A stretch of 64,000 bases of DNA from assembly GCA_003707115.1 (NCBI GenBank), contig PPNB01000019.1, positions 1-64,000 on the forward strand, written 5' to 3'. Positions within the stretch are counted from its first letter, which is position 1. Each line of letters opens with the position of its first letter. Origin of the DNA: Tortispora ganteri (taxonomy: Eukaryota). The notes beneath the pieces are model-generated. The model did not search any database and was not told the DNA's origin. It worked only from the letters and a program-made list of their open reading frames with translations. Both the position numbers and the translations under genes were made by a program. This document shows, in pieces, positions 62,612 to 64,000 of this stretch.

Positions 62612-63391
62612 ATGGCTCAAGTCGCTACTATTCCATTCCTGTCTCAGATCGAACAAATCGATCGTGTCGCCGAAAGCCTAGTAAGATCACGCCAGATGAA
62701 TAATCACAATAGTAATCAACAGTCTATGTATTCTAATGGGCATCAACAATACTGGAACAGTCGTCAAAACCAGCAGCAAGTTCAGTACATTGATCAATAC
62801 GTCAATCGAGAAACCGAATCGTCTTATAATACTGGGTTCTATGCGGGATACGGTCCAGCTAAACAGAGGCATTACGGTCTGAATGATTATTCTGCCCATT
62901 ATCAGTCTACATTCCAAAGACCAAGCCAAAGGGCGACTTTGACTGTCGCTAATGAAGAGCCGGACTTCAACTTGCCTTCAAGTTCTAATTCAATAGGCCA
63001 TCGAGAATCGGCAACTTCCGGCTCAGGTTTCTCCAATTTGTCTTATTCAAATACTCTGCCTGTATCTTTTCTTGGACCTGCAACTTCTTATTCGGCTTCC
63101 TTGAAACCGAATCCCGCAATGATGACCGTGTCTCGAAGCCTTTTCGAGGATAATACTCCCTCACTATATTCAAACTCTTCTTCGAATTCGCTAGACTCAC
63201 AGTCCGTGACTTCAAGCTTGAGCTTCAAAAACAGCACTGGTTTGTCCTCTTCTGGAACAGCAAATGTTGGAACCAATTCAACATTCTATCCTGCTGCTCA
63301 ACGACAAAGTCCAAGCAATTTATGGGCACCTGGCGTACCACTTAACTTACCGTCCGCAAACATCCCAGGTAAAGTTGGATATACCAGATAG
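62612..63391 (+). CDS. Low-complexity N/Q/S/Y-rich protein, possibly YBL081W-like
   Basis: ATG in AAA context. N-terminal IPFLSQxE motif recalls S. cerevisiae YBL081W (from memory, not searched); followed by N/Q/Y-rich then S-rich tracts. Confidence 0.55.
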   Translation: MAQVATIPFLSQIEQIDRVAESLVRSRQMNNHNSNQQSMYSNGHQQYWNSRQNQQQVQYIDQYVNRETESSYNTGFYAGYGPAKQRHYGLNDYSAHYQSTFQRPSQRATLTVANEEPDFNLPSSSNSIGHRESATSGSGFSNLSYSNTLPVSFLGPATSYSASLKPNPAMMTVSRSLFEDNTPSLYSNSSSNSLDSQSVTSSLSFKNSTGLSSSGTANVGTNSTFYPAAQRQSPSNLWAPGVPLNLPSANIPGKVGYTR

Positions 63392-63623
63392 AATTTGCTT
63401 TCCTTAGCCGTTTATAAGTGATAACGAGGAACTGATGTTTAGCCATGACATATTATATGGGACTATAATTGAAACAAATGTGCAGGAAAAAGAAGGTGGT
63501 ATATTTTTGGTTCAACGGGTGAAAATCGACGAGATGTGAAATCATCATGTATGGTTATGCAAAGGTTATTAAGCTTACTAATTGTAGTACCACTTTATGT
63601 AAAACAGATAGCAAAAAATGGTT

Positions 63624-64000
63624 TCAATTAATGTCAAAATGAGAAAAATGGTCATCAAAAGCAGTATGTTCGGACACATCATCTGCAAAGAAAGTCTCGT
63701 TGAGGGGACTATTAGAAATACAATCATCAGGGAACTCGTAGAAAGGTGTCTGCGGTAGTTCATCAATCTCACCAGAATTTTCGATAATGTCTTTCACGCC
63801 AACGTGTATGTTGTTCATCCTGGTTTTTATTCGTTCTATGCATTCAGGAGAGGCGATTTTTTTGAGATAGATTTCGTAGGCGGGGAATATATGTGAGTCC
63901 TCTAATGCCATTGAGAGGTCTGACGGGGTGTTAGATAGCAGTGTATCCAGAGTATCTTTTAATGAATCGACCATTAGATAAGAGACAGTTTCTTCTTCAT
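63624..64000 (-). CDS. C-terminal part of an unidentified protein (5'-partial)
   Basis: The frame stays open from the window edge (..EEETVSYLMVDSLK..) to TGA at 63624; acidic tail, no recognisable motif. Confidence 0.55.
   Translation of the reverse strand, partial: EEETVSYLMVDSLKDTLDTLLSNTPSDLSMALEDSHIFPAYEIYLKKIASPECIERIKTRMNNIHVGVKDIIENSGEIDELPQTPFYEFPDDCISNSPLNETFFADDVSEHTAFDDHFSHFDIN

Noticed and set aside
63440..63548. C-box-like ATGATGA on the minus strand (and TGATGA at 24190) as possible C/D snoRNAs
   Set aside because: No matching CTGA D box at a suitable distance

Overview
A very compact fungal nuclear genome segment, most consistent with an early-branching budding yeast (Saccharomycotina). 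It has RAX2, SHO1, UTP8 and SUS1 orthologues, few short introns with (T)ACTAAC branch points, and the standard genetic code (CTG at invariant Leu positions of Ubc13 and Cdc48). The window holds 42 protein genes, nearly all conserved housekeeping genes. They cover trafficking (COG4, RET3, SEC10, EMP47-like, PEP12-like, RIC1, YIF1, BET5), cell cycle and DNA maintenance (MCD1, SLD5, APN1, TEM1, UBC13), proteostasis (RQC2, EGD2, CDC48) and lipids (NUS1, ERG26, two ceramide synthases). There is also one intron-containing tRNA-Tyr(GTA). Five genes are spliced and were reconstructed by hand because the ORF track truncates them: CTR2, UBC13, TIF11 (with a 9-nt microexon), BET5 and TEM1. I saw no transposon or other mobile element. 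The most notable observations are: (1) BET5 and FAP7 lie in the same frame, separated by one TAA and 9 sense codons; (2) CTR2 has two in-frame 3' splice sites that include or exclude an ExxxLL sorting motif; (3) two ceramide synthases of different clades bracket an orphan glycosyltransferase-like gene; (4) the 1.5-kb intergenic region at 2371-3854 is hairpin- and pseudoknot-rich; (5) TIF11 intron 2 is long, structured and has cryptic splice sites; (6) telomere-like TTAGGG boxes occur in tiny promoters. Gene calls come from motif recognition, not database searches.
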